A stretch of DNA of 62,833 bases, the filler included, from Thermoplasmatota archaeon (GTDB taxonomy: Archaea; Thermoplasmatota; E2; JACPAO01; JAHFTW01), in NCBI GenBank assembly GCA_041623215.1. It is 17 parts of 17 records of this genome, joined end to end, with 100 filler letters (N's around TTAATTAATTAA, not from the genome) between each part and the next. Parts side by side here need not be neighbours in the genome. Positions count along the whole stretch, not along the records: positions 1 to 4,010 come from JBFJXH010000161.1; positions 4,111 to 8,115 come from JBFJXH010000162.1; positions 8,216 to 12,178 come from JBFJXH010000163.1; 14 more parts are not named here. The stretch is one strand, 5' to 3'. This document shows, one piece after another, positions 1 to 10,217 of this stretch. Made by a program: the position numbers and the translations under genes. The notes beneath the pieces were generated by a model. The model made no database searches and was not told where the DNA came from. It worked only from the letters and a program-made list of their open reading frames with translations. Numbering within the stretch: position 1 is the stretch's first letter; each line of letters begins with the position of its first letter.

Positions 1-250
1 AGGAGCTTCGTGTGCTTGGCAAACAATTTGGCCAGGACGAAGCGGGAACCTTCACCGCGCCCACGGATGGAACCTTCATCGTGGCCCTGTATGGCTGGAG
101 CATCACCGGACCTCAGGACGTCGGGGGCAATGTCCCGAATTTGACGCTCCTTGGCGAATACATTGCACTAGCTGAAACCGTCCTCTAAGGGCCAACCACC
201 GCACAACCCCTGGCCTCTGTCCTTTAATCTTGGCGCACGGTCGGCGGCCG

Positions 251-1561
251 ATGCGACCCGACCGGCGACTCTTGGCCGCCAGCCTGCTGACTTTGGCCCT
301 CTTGGCTCCGACCCTTCCCGGAGTACTCGCAGGTTCCGCCACCAATCCCGAAGTGTTGGACGAATTGGGCGACCAGACGGGTGTCACGCCGTTAACGCCG
401 TACAATGACGTTGACTTAGTTGCCGCTTGGGTGGACGCAGAAACGGCGGGGGCCTTCCACTTGGCCATCCAAGTCGCCGAAGACATCGCGCCTGGTGCAA
501 CGCAAACGAGCACCTACCGGTTCACGTTCTCCCTCGGGGGCACGGAATCCTTTGCCGAGGCCACCCTAACCAGTGACGAAACAACGCTTGGCGGCGTGGC
601 GAGTGCGGCTGCCGTAGATGGCCCCATCATCGTTCTCACCGTGCCTCGTGAAAACGTCAGCAACCCGTTGCCGGGCGACATCATGACCGGCCTCTTTGCC
701 GAAACGACTAGTTTCAATGGCGCCGTGCAATTATCGCAATCGAATGACCGCGCTCCCGACGAAGGAGTGGGCGCCGACTACGTCGTTGGTAGCCAGGCTA
801 CCGGCGTTGATTCGGACGGCGACGGCGTGGACGACGCCACCGAGCTGGCGCAGGGAACCGATCCGCTGTCGGAGGACTCCGATGAGGATGGCTTGAATGA
901 CGCCAACGAAACGGAGCTTGGCACCGACCCTCGCAACCCGGACACGGACGGCGATGGCATCACCGATGGCGACGAGGTGGCTGCTGGTACCAATCCTCTG
1001 GCCGCTGACAGCGACGGCGACGGCCTCACCGACGGGGAGGAAGCGCGGGCTGGCACCAATCCATTGGCGGCCGACTCGGATGGAGACGGCGTTGACGACT
1101 TGGCTGAGTCGCAGGCGGGTACCAATCCCAATGACGCCACTTCCTATCCGGGTGCCCCGGAGCCCGAGGCGGCTGGAGGCGACGACACAACAGACATTCC
1201 CTGGTGGGTATGGGCTGTCGTTGCGGGGCTCATCATTCTGTTTGCCATCTTCCTCATCTTGCTCCTTCGCCGTCGCCGCAAAGACGATGATTCGAAGGGT
1301 AAGGGAGGGAAGGGCGGTTCAGGCGGTGGCGGCGATGATGACGAAGAAGACGCTGACACAGCGGAGCATGAGGGCACCGGTACCGAAGCCGAAACCACAA
1401 CACGCGTGACTGAGCGGGTCGTCGATGGCGTCGGCTGGGACCGCAACATCGACGATGACTATCTTCGCAAGGGCGTCACTGATGAGCAAATCGAAGAAGC
1501 CCGGCGGCGCTTCGATGAACGCGAACGAAGACGTGCCGCCATGCTGGGCCAAGCCGCTTGA
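251..1561 (+). CDS. Secreted/membrane-anchored protein with Ca-binding thrombospondin type 3-like (DxDxDG) repeats and a C-terminal TM helix
   Basis: Signal peptide (RRLLAASLLTLALLAPTLPGVLA), five DxDxDGxxDxxExxxGTxP repeats, TM segment IPWWVWAVVAGLIILFAIFLILLL followed by RRRRK and an acidic cytoplasmic tail. ATG 251 preferred over TTG 230 because TTTAAT lies at 223-228. Confidence 0.75.
   Translation: MRPDRRLLAASLLTLALLAPTLPGVLAGSATNPEVLDELGDQTGVTPLTPYNDVDLVAAWVDAETAGAFHLAIQVAEDIAPGATQTSTYRFTFSLGGTESFAEATLTSDETTLGGVASAAAVDGPIIVLTVPRENVSNPLPGDIMTGLFAETTSFNGAVQLSQSNDRAPDEGVGADYVVGSQATGVDSDGDGVDDATELAQGTDPLSEDSDEDGLNDANETELGTDPRNPDTDGDGITDGDEVAAGTNPLAADSDGDGLTDGEEARAGTNPLAADSDGDGVDDLAESQAGTNPNDATSYPGAPEPEAAGGDDTTDIPWWVWAVVAGLIILFAIFLILLLRRRRKDDDSKGKGGKGGSGGGGDDDEEDADTAEHEGTGTEAETTTRVTERVVDGVGWDRNIDDDYLRKGVTDEQIEEARRRFDERERRRAAMLGQAA
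809..1135 (+). repeat. Five tandem 22-aa (66-bp) TSP3-like calcium-binding repeats
   Basis: DSDGDGVDD.., DSDEDGLND.., DTDGDGITD.., DSDGDGLTD.., DSDGDGVDD.. at 66-nt period, each ending GT(D/N)P. Confidence 0.9.
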
Positions 1562-1812
1562 CCCCGCAAGGGCGCGGCGAGGTCCCTGCACCCGCACCAA
1601 GTCGGCTGTGGCTCGCGGTAGGCTCGCTGCTCGCCTTGGCCTCCATGCTGCTGCTGTGGCCAACGCTTCTCGTGCTTGGGTTCCAAGGGGAGCGTCACGC
1701 CGCGCCGTACGCACTAGGCTCCTTGGCACTATTTGGAGTGGCTGTGGCGGCTTTCGCCTTGGCCATCCGTGGTAAGCGGCTGGCGCGCAACGACGCGCGC
1801 CGCTTGGAATGA
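1558..1812 (+). CDS. Small two-TM membrane protein, hypothetical
   Basis: Two hydrophobic stretches; TTGA start/stop overlap with the upstream gene; converges on purB. Confidence 0.55.
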   Translation: MTPQGRGEVPAPAPSRLWLAVGSLLALASMLLLWPTLLVLGFQGERHAAPYALGSLALFGVAVAAFALAIRGKRLARNDARRLE

Positions 1813-1815
1813 GGC

Positions 1816-3201
1816 TTACAGGTCCTTGGTTTCGGCCGTCACTTGGTCGATGATGGCATCGACGGGACCCGTGTAATTGGCGGGGTCGCACGCAGTGGCC
1901 ACACCCTCTTTGCCGAGTGCCGCCACGATGGTTTCGTTGGCCAGCAAGGCGTCACGGTAGTGCACGTTGTCGTGGATGGCCACCATGGCTGCCTGCCGGG
2001 CCACTTCGTGCGCGTCTTGACGGCCCATGCCCTCTTCGGTCAGGGCAATCATGACTGCTTCCGCCATCATCAATCCCTGCGCCCGCTCCATGTTGAGGGC
2101 CATGCGGTCCGCGAAAACGCGGAGGTTCTCGAACACCTCCGCCATCTTGTGAATGCAATGGTCGAGCACGATGAACATGGTGGGATGAATGAAACGCTCC
2201 GGCGCCGAATTGGCAAGGTCCCGCTCATTCCACTGGACGGCGTTTTCGTAAATCGCCGTCATGTGGCTGCGAACGTAGCGGGCAAGACCTGAGACCTGCT
2301 CACTGGTAATCGGGTTCTGCTTGTGGGGCATCGTGCTGCTGCCCACTTGCTTCTTGACATCGAAGCCCTCGGCGACTTCACCCAGCTCTGTGCGCTGGAG
2401 GGTGCGGATTTCGGTGCTGAACTTCTCCAGGCTCGTGGCAAGGTTGCTGAGGTGGCCAAACATCTCGATGTACCGGTCCCGCTGCACAATTTGCGTGCTG
2501 GCGGTGGCCGGTCGCAAGCCGAGGCGCTCGCACACCAATCGTTGTACTTCGATGCCCTTGCCCCGGTAGGCGGCCATGCTGCCCGTGGCGCCACTCATCA
2601 TCCCGACCTCGATGCGGCGCCGGCATTCTGCCAGGCGCTCCAGGTGGCGGCCTACTTCCGAGGCAAAGACGGCCATCTTCAAGCCAAAGGTGATGGGCAC
2701 GGCGGATTGACCGTGGGTGCGGCCCAGCATGGTGGTGTGTCGATGCTCGTCGGCTAAGCGCAACAACGCGTCGCGAAGTCGCCGCGTGCCGTCAGCCACC
2801 TGGTCCAATGAGTCGCGAAATTGCAGGGCATTGGCCGTGTCGATGGTATCGTAGGATGTGGCCGCCTGGTGCACGTACTTGCCAGGCAAGAGGTCCGGGT
2901 AGTCTTCGTCCGCCGCTTCGCTCATGGCTTTCACGACGGCCATCAGGTCATGCTTGATTTCAGCTTCAATCGCTTTCACGCGGTCGGGGGTGACGCGGCC
3001 ATCCTTGTCCGCGATGGCTTGCAGCGCCTCGGCTGCAGCGACGGGTACGGTGCCGGTCTCGGCGTGCGCGTGGGCGAGGGCCGCCTCCACCTGCATGAGG
3101 TAGCGCAAACGGGCGCGCTCCGTCCAGATTGCCTTCATGGCGGGGCGGCCATACCGGTAGTCCAGGGGGCTCACGAGGTCAAGAACAGCGTCGCCGGTCA
3201 C
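1816..3201 (-). CDS. purB: Adenylosuccinate lyase
   Basis: SPLDYRYG, HDLMA, GRTHGQ, signature GSSTMPHKQNP and WNERDLANS; GTG start at 3201 inferred. Confidence 0.95.
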   Translation of the reverse strand: MTGDAVLDLVSPLDYRYGRPAMKAIWTERARLRYLMQVEAALAHAHAETGTVPVAAAEALQAIADKDGRVTPDRVKAIEAEIKHDLMAVVKAMSEAADEDYPDLLPGKYVHQAATSYDTIDTANALQFRDSLDQVADGTRRLRDALLRLADEHRHTTMLGRTHGQSAVPITFGLKMAVFASEVGRHLERLAECRRRIEVGMMSGATGSMAAYRGKGIEVQRLVCERLGLRPATASTQIVQRDRYIEMFGHLSNLATSLEKFSTEIRTLQRTELGEVAEGFDVKKQVGSSTMPHKQNPITSEQVSGLARYVRSHMTAIYENAVQWNERDLANSAPERFIHPTMFIVLDHCIHKMAEVFENLRVFADRMALNMERAQGLMMAEAVMIALTEEGMGRQDAHEVARQAAMVAIHDNVHYRDALLANETIVAALGKEGVATACDPANYTGPVDAIIDQVTAETKDL

Positions 3202-3232
3202 GAAGGGCCGCCAGCCGGCGCGGCGCTTAGCG

Positions 3233-4010
3233 CTACCGGGTGAAGGTGCCAAACTGCGCCACGAAGCGGCAGCCGCTCGTGTCGCCAAAGTCATCGGCCA
3301 AAATCCGCAGCGGGCCGCCGGAGAGAAGGAAATTGGCGTTGTGCCACGCATCTTGGCCCCAGTTATCGGACATGGCTGCGATGGTGGCGTTGTCGCGCTC
3401 CATGTCTTGAATGATGATGGAGGAGTCGCCGCAGCCTAAGCTGGGAACAAAGGTGGTGCCAAACGTGTATTCGCGATCCACCACGACGGTGAAGGGGACG
3501 CCCCATGCATTGTAGCGTTCGCCTGCCATACCCTCGTAGCGGTCGTAGGTGCCAAGGCCCCCTGATGGTGTCGGGGATTCGTAGAAATGCCGCACCTCCA
3601 ACTCGCGCACCGACAAGTCGCTAGGCAACTGATCCACGCCAAGCATCGCCTCACCGCGCAGCAAAACCGCCACATGCTCGCCTGCTTCGCGCACGGGAAC
3701 AGCGACGGTTTGGGCCCCGTCATGGTGCACGAGACCTAGGTAGTCATTCCCGGGACCCCATAACGCGACCACGCCGGGTCCTGTGTCGAAGCTTACGTCA
3801 GGCACGCCCGGCGGAAAGTCCGGCAGGGGACCGATGTCAATGTCGATTTTCAGCGCGTCCCCCACGAGAATTTTGGCTGCCGAGCTGGGCACTTGGAAGG
3901 CGACTGGCCGGAGTTTATCAAGCGAGTCAAAAACGAAGGGCCAGAACTCGCCGGGCTCCCCCCACGCTTGTCCAACCTGCTCGGGCGTCGCCCATGATGG
4001 GCCGGCCACA
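3233..4010 (-). CDS. Hypothetical protein (5' truncated at contig end)
   Basis: Long open frame with plausible composition; no recognised motif. Confidence 0.55.
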
Positions 4011-4110
4011 NNNNNNNNNNNNNNNNNNNNNNNNNNNNNNNNNNNNNNNNNNNNTTAATTAATTAANNNNNNNNNNNNNNNNNNNNNNNNNNNNNNNNNN
4101 NNNNNNNNNN
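4011..4110. other. Artificial contig spacer (N44-TTAATTAATTAA-N44), first of 16
   Basis: Identical 100-nt spacers also start at 8116, 12179, 16230, 20281, 24117, 27839, 31556, 35225, 38794, 42344, 45894, 49419, 52883, 56261 and 59550; the linker gives stops in all six frames. Confidence 0.99.
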
Positions 4111-4181
4111 ACGCGATTAGTGGCGGTATGCACGTGCTTTCTCCCATCAGCCTTATTTTCAAGTGATACAACCGCGCAATC

Positions 4182-5528
4182 ATGCGCATCATTCTAGCGA
4201 TGGCCGTGGTGACGGTCATGTTTGCCGGCTGCTTGGCCGGAGACGAGCCAGTTAACACTAATTCCAATGCCGCCGCGAACGCGGTTGCAGGAGATGGCAG
4301 CCACGAGGCCTACGGCTTTCTCGTAAACGGCGATTTGGCGGTTGCGCCGCAAGCGGGCCTCATCAAGGACCGCGCGGATGATGGCACGCTCCACTGGTAC
4401 AAGCCGACCTACCGCGACTTGCCGGCGGCGCCATCTACCATGACTCGCTTGGCGGAAGTGGAAGGAGTTTCCACGGCCGGCGGCATTGCTATCTTTGGCT
4501 CGCTTGGCTTCATCGGTGGCCGCAGCAGCGGCCCCCTGTACGTGGTGGATTTGTCCAATCCAGAAGAGCCCAAGGTGATTGGTGAAGCCCCCGACGTGCC
4601 CGTTCGCGACGCGGACACCATGCTGTTTCCCGATGGTCGCCTTGTCGTGATTACGACCGCTGGTGGACGCAACATGTTTGCCACCGATGTAACCGACCCC
4701 ACCAAGCCAAAGCTCATCGGGAACTTTGAGACCACCCACGGCAACCACAACATCGCGGTCGTCCCCGGGACGCCCATCGTGTACAATTCTGGTGGCAGCG
4801 GCAAGATTGACATCGTCGATTGGTCCAACCCCGAGCGCCCCGTGGAAGTCGGCCAGTTCGGCAACGGTAATGGCTGCCACGACATCAGTTTCTTCATCAA
4901 CGCCAGCCGCGACTTCTTCCGCGCTTATTGCGCCGGCTACGGCCAATGGGAAGTGTGGGACATCACCGACCCGAAGGCCCCAATCATGGTGCACGAGCAA
5001 GACTACCCAAGCGTCCAGCACGGCATTCCGGTCGTTGGGGACGTGCTCGAGGATGCGCCTGAAACCGTTGCCTTCCCAGGCTCGTTCAGTCACTTGGCGA
5101 TGGTGAACCACAATGCCTCCATCATGATTCTCGGCGATGAACACGGCGGCGGCGGCACCAACAGTTGCGACTTCTACCTAGAAGGCTCCGAGGGCCAAAC
5201 CTACTCCGGCCCCATCGGAAACTTGTGGTTCTACGACATCACCGATGAAACCAACCCGGTTCTTCATGGGCACGTGAGCCCCACCGCCACCGATGCCCAC
5301 GACGGGTCGTGCACGGCACACTTTGGCCGCCTCATCGAGGACACCGGCATGCTGGTCATGGGCTTCTACGCTGCAGGCGTCGTGTTGGTCGATTTCAACG
5401 ACTTGGACAACCCCCGCATCGTTGACCGCTACGACCCCGCCGGCGACATTTGGGATGTCTGGTTCCACCAAGGCTACCTCATGACCGGCGACATGGTTCG
5501 CGGCATGGACGTGCTCGGCTTCGAGTGA
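4182..5528 (+). CDS. LVIVD-repeat beta-propeller lipoprotein
   Basis: Lipobox-like FAGCL; repeated LYVVDLSNP, DVTDPTKP, IVDWSNP, WDITDPKAP, YDITDETNP and LVDFNDLDNP motifs; His-rich strand ends (HN, CHD, FSH, AHF). Confidence 0.85.
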   Translation: MRIILAMAVVTVMFAGCLAGDEPVNTNSNAAANAVAGDGSHEAYGFLVNGDLAVAPQAGLIKDRADDGTLHWYKPTYRDLPAAPSTMTRLAEVEGVSTAGGIAIFGSLGFIGGRSSGPLYVVDLSNPEEPKVIGEAPDVPVRDADTMLFPDGRLVVITTAGGRNMFATDVTDPTKPKLIGNFETTHGNHNIAVVPGTPIVYNSGGSGKIDIVDWSNPERPVEVGQFGNGNGCHDISFFINASRDFFRAYCAGYGQWEVWDITDPKAPIMVHEQDYPSVQHGIPVVGDVLEDAPETVAFPGSFSHLAMVNHNASIMILGDEHGGGGTNSCDFYLEGSEGQTYSGPIGNLWFYDITDETNPVLHGHVSPTATDAHDGSCTAHFGRLIEDTGMLVMGFYAAGVVLVDFNDLDNPRIVDRYDPAGDIWDVWFHQGYLMTGDMVRGMDVLGFE

Positions 5529-5753
5529 AACGAGCGGCAACGGCCATACGCTAGGGCGCCTTCGTCCCCTTGTTCAGCTTCGGCTGTTCCGGGCCCCGCC
5601 GACGGGACCCGCTACGCGCGTAAAGCCGCCCACGCCCATCGGGCTACAGCCCAGGGGTCCTGAACTTTGGCCAGGCGCGCGAATTCCGTCGGACAAGAGG
5701 CCATTGGCCTGCTCCCGCCCCGCCGCGAGATGGGGCGGGAGCGAAGTCAATTC

Positions 5754-7418
5754 ATGACCATCACGTATGACGCTGGGTTCTACGCGCCTCGACTGGCCGA
5801 CCACCTGCTGGAGGACTTGCAGGACCGTGGTTTGGCGATGCCGTCCTATGAGCCCGGCACGCGATTGTATCTGTGGCCCGACACGCATGACGGCGCGCGG
5901 GCCGTGGCCTATTTGCGGCGGGCCTGGCGCATGGCAGCAGACGACGCGACCCAGGACGCGATTGAAGCGCATCGCAACGCGGGAGGGCTGCGGCAGGCCG
6001 CCACCCGCGAGCAAGAATTGTCGGCGCATCTGCGACCCTATCAGCGGGCCGGCGTCGCGTTTCTCGTCCAGAAACAACGGGCCATCCTGGCCGATGCCAT
6101 GGGCCTTGGTAAGACCGTCCAGGCGCTTGATGCGATTGAGCAGGCCGATGCCTACCCCGCTGTGGTGGTTGCCCCGGCCGGCGTGAAGTCTGGCTGGCAC
6201 CGGGAAGTTCTGAAGTGGATGCCCTGGCGAAGCGCGCAGGTCTTGCAACCAGGTCGCGACAAGGTACTCGGAGCTGACCTGACCATCGTCAATCCGGAAT
6301 TATTGGGCCGCCATTTGGATGCCCTTCGAGCCTTAGCGCCGCGCTGCGTGGTGCTGGATGAGGCGCATTATTTCAAGAATCCACACGCGCAAAGGAGTCT
6401 TCACGCGCGCACCCTCGTAGAAGATGTGCCGTACCGATTTGCCCTAACGGGGACGCCGATCAAGAATCGACGCGAAGACCTGCTGCACCAGTTGCGCTTG
6501 CTGGACCGCGTTGAGGATGTGCTGGGCATTTACCGGGGAGTCTTGCCGCACTGGTGGAAGCCGGACCAACATGGGCATTTGCAATGGGTCCATGCTATGA
6601 CGGCCCTGGAGCGGCTCGATCGACGGACGCTTCGAGGCCGTCTCCGAGACGTATGTTTGCTGCGCCGTACCAAGGAGGAAGTGGCCACGGACTTGCCGCC
6701 CTTGCAACGCATCACGCGGGACGTGGACTTGAGTGCGGCGACGGCCAAGGCCTACCAGGCGAGCGAGGACCACATCTTGGCACGGCTTGGCAAATGGGCT
6801 GCTGAGCACCACTTGGACGATACCGGCATCGGCGTCGAACTGCGAGCCGGATTGACGCAACTGCGGCGCGAGGCTGCCATGGCGAAGGTTGAGGCCATCG
6901 CAGAGTGGGGGCGAGAACTAGCCGCCAATGGAGAGCGCGCCGTGATCTTCGCGTACCACAAGCGCGTGGTGCACGCGGTTGCTGAGGCACTGCCGGGCAA
7001 GCCAGCCATCATCACCGGCGACACGCCGCCGCCGAAGCGCCGCGCCATCATCGATGGGTTGGACAACTACCCATTTCTTGTCTGCACCATGGACGCGACG
7101 GGCCACGGAGTTGATGGCATGCAGATGGCGGCGGGCACCGTCGCCTTCGCCGAACTGGATTGGACACCGACCAAGCATGAGCAATGCGAAGGCCGCCTGC
7201 ACCGCATCGGGCAAACGCGCCCCGTCGATAGTTGGTACTTCTTGGCCCGCGGCACAATTGAGGAGGCGATGATGCGGACGCTGGAAAGCAAGTGGGCTGA
7301 CATCGCCGGCGTTGTGGAAGATGAAGAGGCCGAAGACGAGGCGTTCCTAGACGCGATGGTCCGTGACCTTGTTGCCGACCGGGTGTGGGAAAAGCGGGCC
7401 GGGTCGCGCTGGTCCTAG
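5754..7418 (+). CDS. SNF2-family DEAH-box ATPase (SMARCAL1/HARP-like core)
   Basis: LRPYQ, LADAMGLGKT (motif I), LDEAH (II), LTGTPIKN (III), LLRRTK, IFAYH, QCEGRLHRIGQ (VI); start uncertain (5667 or 5754). Confidence 0.88.
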   Translation: MTITYDAGFYAPRLADHLLEDLQDRGLAMPSYEPGTRLYLWPDTHDGARAVAYLRRAWRMAADDATQDAIEAHRNAGGLRQAATREQELSAHLRPYQRAGVAFLVQKQRAILADAMGLGKTVQALDAIEQADAYPAVVVAPAGVKSGWHREVLKWMPWRSAQVLQPGRDKVLGADLTIVNPELLGRHLDALRALAPRCVVLDEAHYFKNPHAQRSLHARTLVEDVPYRFALTGTPIKNRREDLLHQLRLLDRVEDVLGIYRGVLPHWWKPDQHGHLQWVHAMTALERLDRRTLRGRLRDVCLLRRTKEEVATDLPPLQRITRDVDLSAATAKAYQASEDHILARLGKWAAEHHLDDTGIGVELRAGLTQLRREAAMAKVEAIAEWGRELAANGERAVIFAYHKRVVHAVAEALPGKPAIITGDTPPPKRRAIIDGLDNYPFLVCTMDATGHGVDGMQMAAGTVAFAELDWTPTKHEQCEGRLHRIGQTRPVDSWYFLARGTIEEAMMRTLESKWADIAGVVEDEEAEDEAFLDAMVRDLVADRVWEKRAGSRWS

Positions 7419-7462
7419 TCCGGGCCACAACCGCCATACGCCTTGCCTGACTCGTAGGCTTG

Positions 7463-8014
7463 ATGTCTCAGGGTACATCCAGCCATTCCACCGCGACCAC
7501 CGAGGCGTGTCAGGACCGCTTTGCCTCGCATGGCATCTGCTACGGATGCGGCCCCGCCAATGACCAAGGCCTTCGAATCAAGAGCTATTGGGAGCAGGAT
7601 GAAGACAATACGGAGGGTCCCCACGCGGGCCGCGCGTTCATTTGTCGCTTCACACCTGAGGCTCACCACCAGGCCTTCCCTGGTGTCATCAACGGCGGCA
7701 TCATTGGCACCTTGCTGGACTGCCACAGCAATTGGTGCGCGGCCATGACGCTCATGGAGCATCACGGATGGGGCGAAGCGATGTGTACGGTCACGGCGGA
7801 CTTTCACGTCAAGCTGCGTGCGCCAACGCCTGCCGGTGAAGAACTCACCGTCAAGGCATGGGCCGAGTCCCCGTCCGGCGACGGCGAGCGCCTTTGCAAG
7901 GTGCGCGCTGAAATCTGGGCCGATACCCCCCGCGGCCGCAAGATTACCGCCACCTGCACGGGCACATTTGTGGCCGTCGAGGAAGGTCACCCCGCGTGGC
8001 ACCGGTGGGGTTGA
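7463..8014 (+). CDS. PaaI/hotdog-fold acyl-CoA thioesterase
   Basis: CYGCG, HQAFPGVINGGIIGTLLDCH and VTADFHVKLRAPTP are typical of 4HBT/PaaI-like thioesterases. Confidence 0.85.
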   Translation: MSQGTSSHSTATTEACQDRFASHGICYGCGPANDQGLRIKSYWEQDEDNTEGPHAGRAFICRFTPEAHHQAFPGVINGGIIGTLLDCHSNWCAAMTLMEHHGWGEAMCTVTADFHVKLRAPTPAGEELTVKAWAESPSGDGERLCKVRAEIWADTPRGRKITATCTGTFVAVEEGHPAWHRWG

Positions 8015-8215
8015 ACGTGCGCGAATGGCGCCCCCCGCGAGGGGCTAGCTCAGCGAGCTTCCCTGGCACGCCGCCGGTTCAAGCCACTGCTGCGCCTGTC
8101 CCCGACGGCGACCCGNNNNNNNNNNNNNNNNNNNNNNNNNNNNNNNNNNNNNNNNNNNNTTAATTAATTAANNNNNNNNNNNNNNNNNNNNNNNNNNNNN
8201 NNNNNNNNNNNNNNN

Positions 8216-10171
8216 ATGGTGGAGGGCGAGACGAACACCTTGGTCGCCACCGACCTTGATGGCCAACTTTTGTGGACGGCCGAACGACCCCACAGCCACG
8301 GCGCGCCCGTGGGCCACGATGGCACGTTCGTTCACGTTGCCTACCACAACGTTTCGGCATGGCGCCCCGACGGCACGCTGGCCTGGTCGATGGTACCCCC
8401 AAGTAGTTGGGCCATGAGCCCACCCGCCGTAGGCGACTACCTCTACATCGTTGATCTTCGCGGCGACAGCAACGTGGGAACCATCCACATTACGGCCATC
8501 GACCAAGGGCAAGTGGTGTGGACCCGGTCCCTCCACGCCCCCCAATGGCCACCCGCGGGCGACCCCGACTCCGTCTACCGCCCAGCCGTCGGCAATGGCC
8601 TCGTGGCCTTCAACGTGCTCGGGCTCGCCGGCGCCTTGGATGCGGCTACCGGCGCGACGCTTTGGACCGATGCAACCGGCTACCCCTATCGGACGCCACC
8701 CGTGGTTGCCGGGGACCAAATGATTCTGCGCTCCCGCGTCAGCCAGGACTCCTGGGAACTGCAACTTCGGGACGCCGGAACCGGGAGCATTCTGTACCGC
8801 GATGAGCGCCACCAATTGAACGGGCAGGACATGGCGACAGCGGTGGGCGACGGCTTCTTTGCAACGGCAAGCGGCGGCCCTATTGGCGACCTGCTGGTGT
8901 TTGGCCCGGACTTCGTTGCACCGCAGTGGCCAAATTGGCCGGGTTGCGAGTGGTGCGGACGGCCGGTGATTAACGAAGCCGACGACGGGACACACGACGT
9001 GCTTGGCTGGGGCGATCCACGCGAACACAATCCGGGGCCATTCGTCATCGAGCGCCAAGACGGGGAAGTATGGGTCGAAGTGAGCTCCCTGGGCCCCCTG
9101 GACCGGCGGTGGCATGGCTTGCGAGACGCAGGCACCTACCGAGTCGTAGCAACCGACATGTCAGGCAACCGAGCGCCGAGCCTCAGCGTGGATTACAGTG
9201 GCTCCTGGCACGATGGTGGAGGCGGAGGTGGAGGTACGGGCAGCCCCTACCCAACCCAACCAACTGACCCCGAGGACCCCGACCAGCAACCGCCACCCCC
9301 CCAGAGTCACGAGGACCCTGAAACGCCGGCGGAAGTTCCCCCGGAGGAACCGCCCCGCGAGGACCCCGAAGACCGGATCGCCGTGGTAGAAAACCAGATC
9401 TTCATCGAGGCTGGCACCTTCGGCCTTAGTGACCGCAATCCCCGTGCCGGCGCGACCGTCGAAGCTTTTGTTCGCTTGGTCAATCCCTACCAACATCCGG
9501 CCGACAGTCGGGTGCACATCCTGGTTGATGGTGGTCTGCGCTCGTCGCACGACGTTCGCCTGCAGGCCTACGAGTCCGTTTTGTGGGCAGGCACGGTGCG
9601 CTTTGAGCAAGAAGGCGACCACCAGCTTCGCATCGCCACCGAGGGCCCCCATCCACCGCCGCCGATTCCCGACGCCCTGGCCTACGTGGACACGGTTGTG
9701 CCGGTTGGTGCAACGGCCCGGGCGAGCGCCGAAGCAAGTATCGTGGTCAGCGCCGGCTTGGTCAATTTTGGCACGGTAGCCACGGGCGAAGTCCGGACGG
9801 TGCCGGTTGACGTGACGGCATACAATGGCGCCGCCCACGGCGTGCGCCTGCAAGTGCTAGACACCGCGGGAGGCATCTTGGTGGAGCCCCTGACGCCACC
9901 GACCACGGTGCAGGCGGGCCAAACCGTCCAATTCTACTTGCGCATCACAGGGGCAGAGCTAGCCGAGAACCAAACCTCCGCCCAGGCAAGCCTCATCTTC
10001 CAAGCGGTGGCCGGAACCGGCTTGGCAAGCAACGTGGAAACGCTCACCGTTGTGACCCACCACGAAGACCTGCGTGGCATTCCGTTTCTGGGTGCCCCGG
10101 CCGTCGCTGCCGCCGTAGCGACTGGAGGCGGCCTCCTGGCCTTGTTTCGTCGCCGCCACCGAGACGGGTAG
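8216..10171 (+). CDS. Cell-surface protein: PQQ-like beta-propeller, Pro-rich linker, CARDB/Ig-like domains and C-terminal sorting signal (5' truncated)
   Basis: DGQLLW, DGTLAW and ALDAATGATLW propeller repeats; PTQPTDPEDP linker; CARDB-like GATVEAFVRLVN..GDHQLRI; C-terminus GIPFLG-hydrophobic-RRR. Confidence 0.7.
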   Translation: MVEGETNTLVATDLDGQLLWTAERPHSHGAPVGHDGTFVHVAYHNVSAWRPDGTLAWSMVPPSSWAMSPPAVGDYLYIVDLRGDSNVGTIHITAIDQGQVVWTRSLHAPQWPPAGDPDSVYRPAVGNGLVAFNVLGLAGALDAATGATLWTDATGYPYRTPPVVAGDQMILRSRVSQDSWELQLRDAGTGSILYRDERHQLNGQDMATAVGDGFFATASGGPIGDLLVFGPDFVAPQWPNWPGCEWCGRPVINEADDGTHDVLGWGDPREHNPGPFVIERQDGEVWVEVSSLGPLDRRWHGLRDAGTYRVVATDMSGNRAPSLSVDYSGSWHDGGGGGGGTGSPYPTQPTDPEDPDQQPPPPQSHEDPETPAEVPPEEPPREDPEDRIAVVENQIFIEAGTFGLSDRNPRAGATVEAFVRLVNPYQHPADSRVHILVDGGLRSSHDVRLQAYESVLWAGTVRFEQEGDHQLRIATEGPHPPPPIPDALAYVDTVVPVGATARASAEASIVVSAGLVNFGTVATGEVRTVPVDVTAYNGAAHGVRLQVLDTAGGILVEPLTPPTTVQAGQTVQFYLRITGAELAENQTSAQASLIFQAVAGTGLASNVETLTVVTHHEDLRGIPFLGAPAVAAAVATGGGLLALFRRRHRDG

Positions 10172-10217
10172 ATACTGGGCTGGCCGCGTCCTATGGAGCG
10201 CCGGCGGCGTCGCAGGC

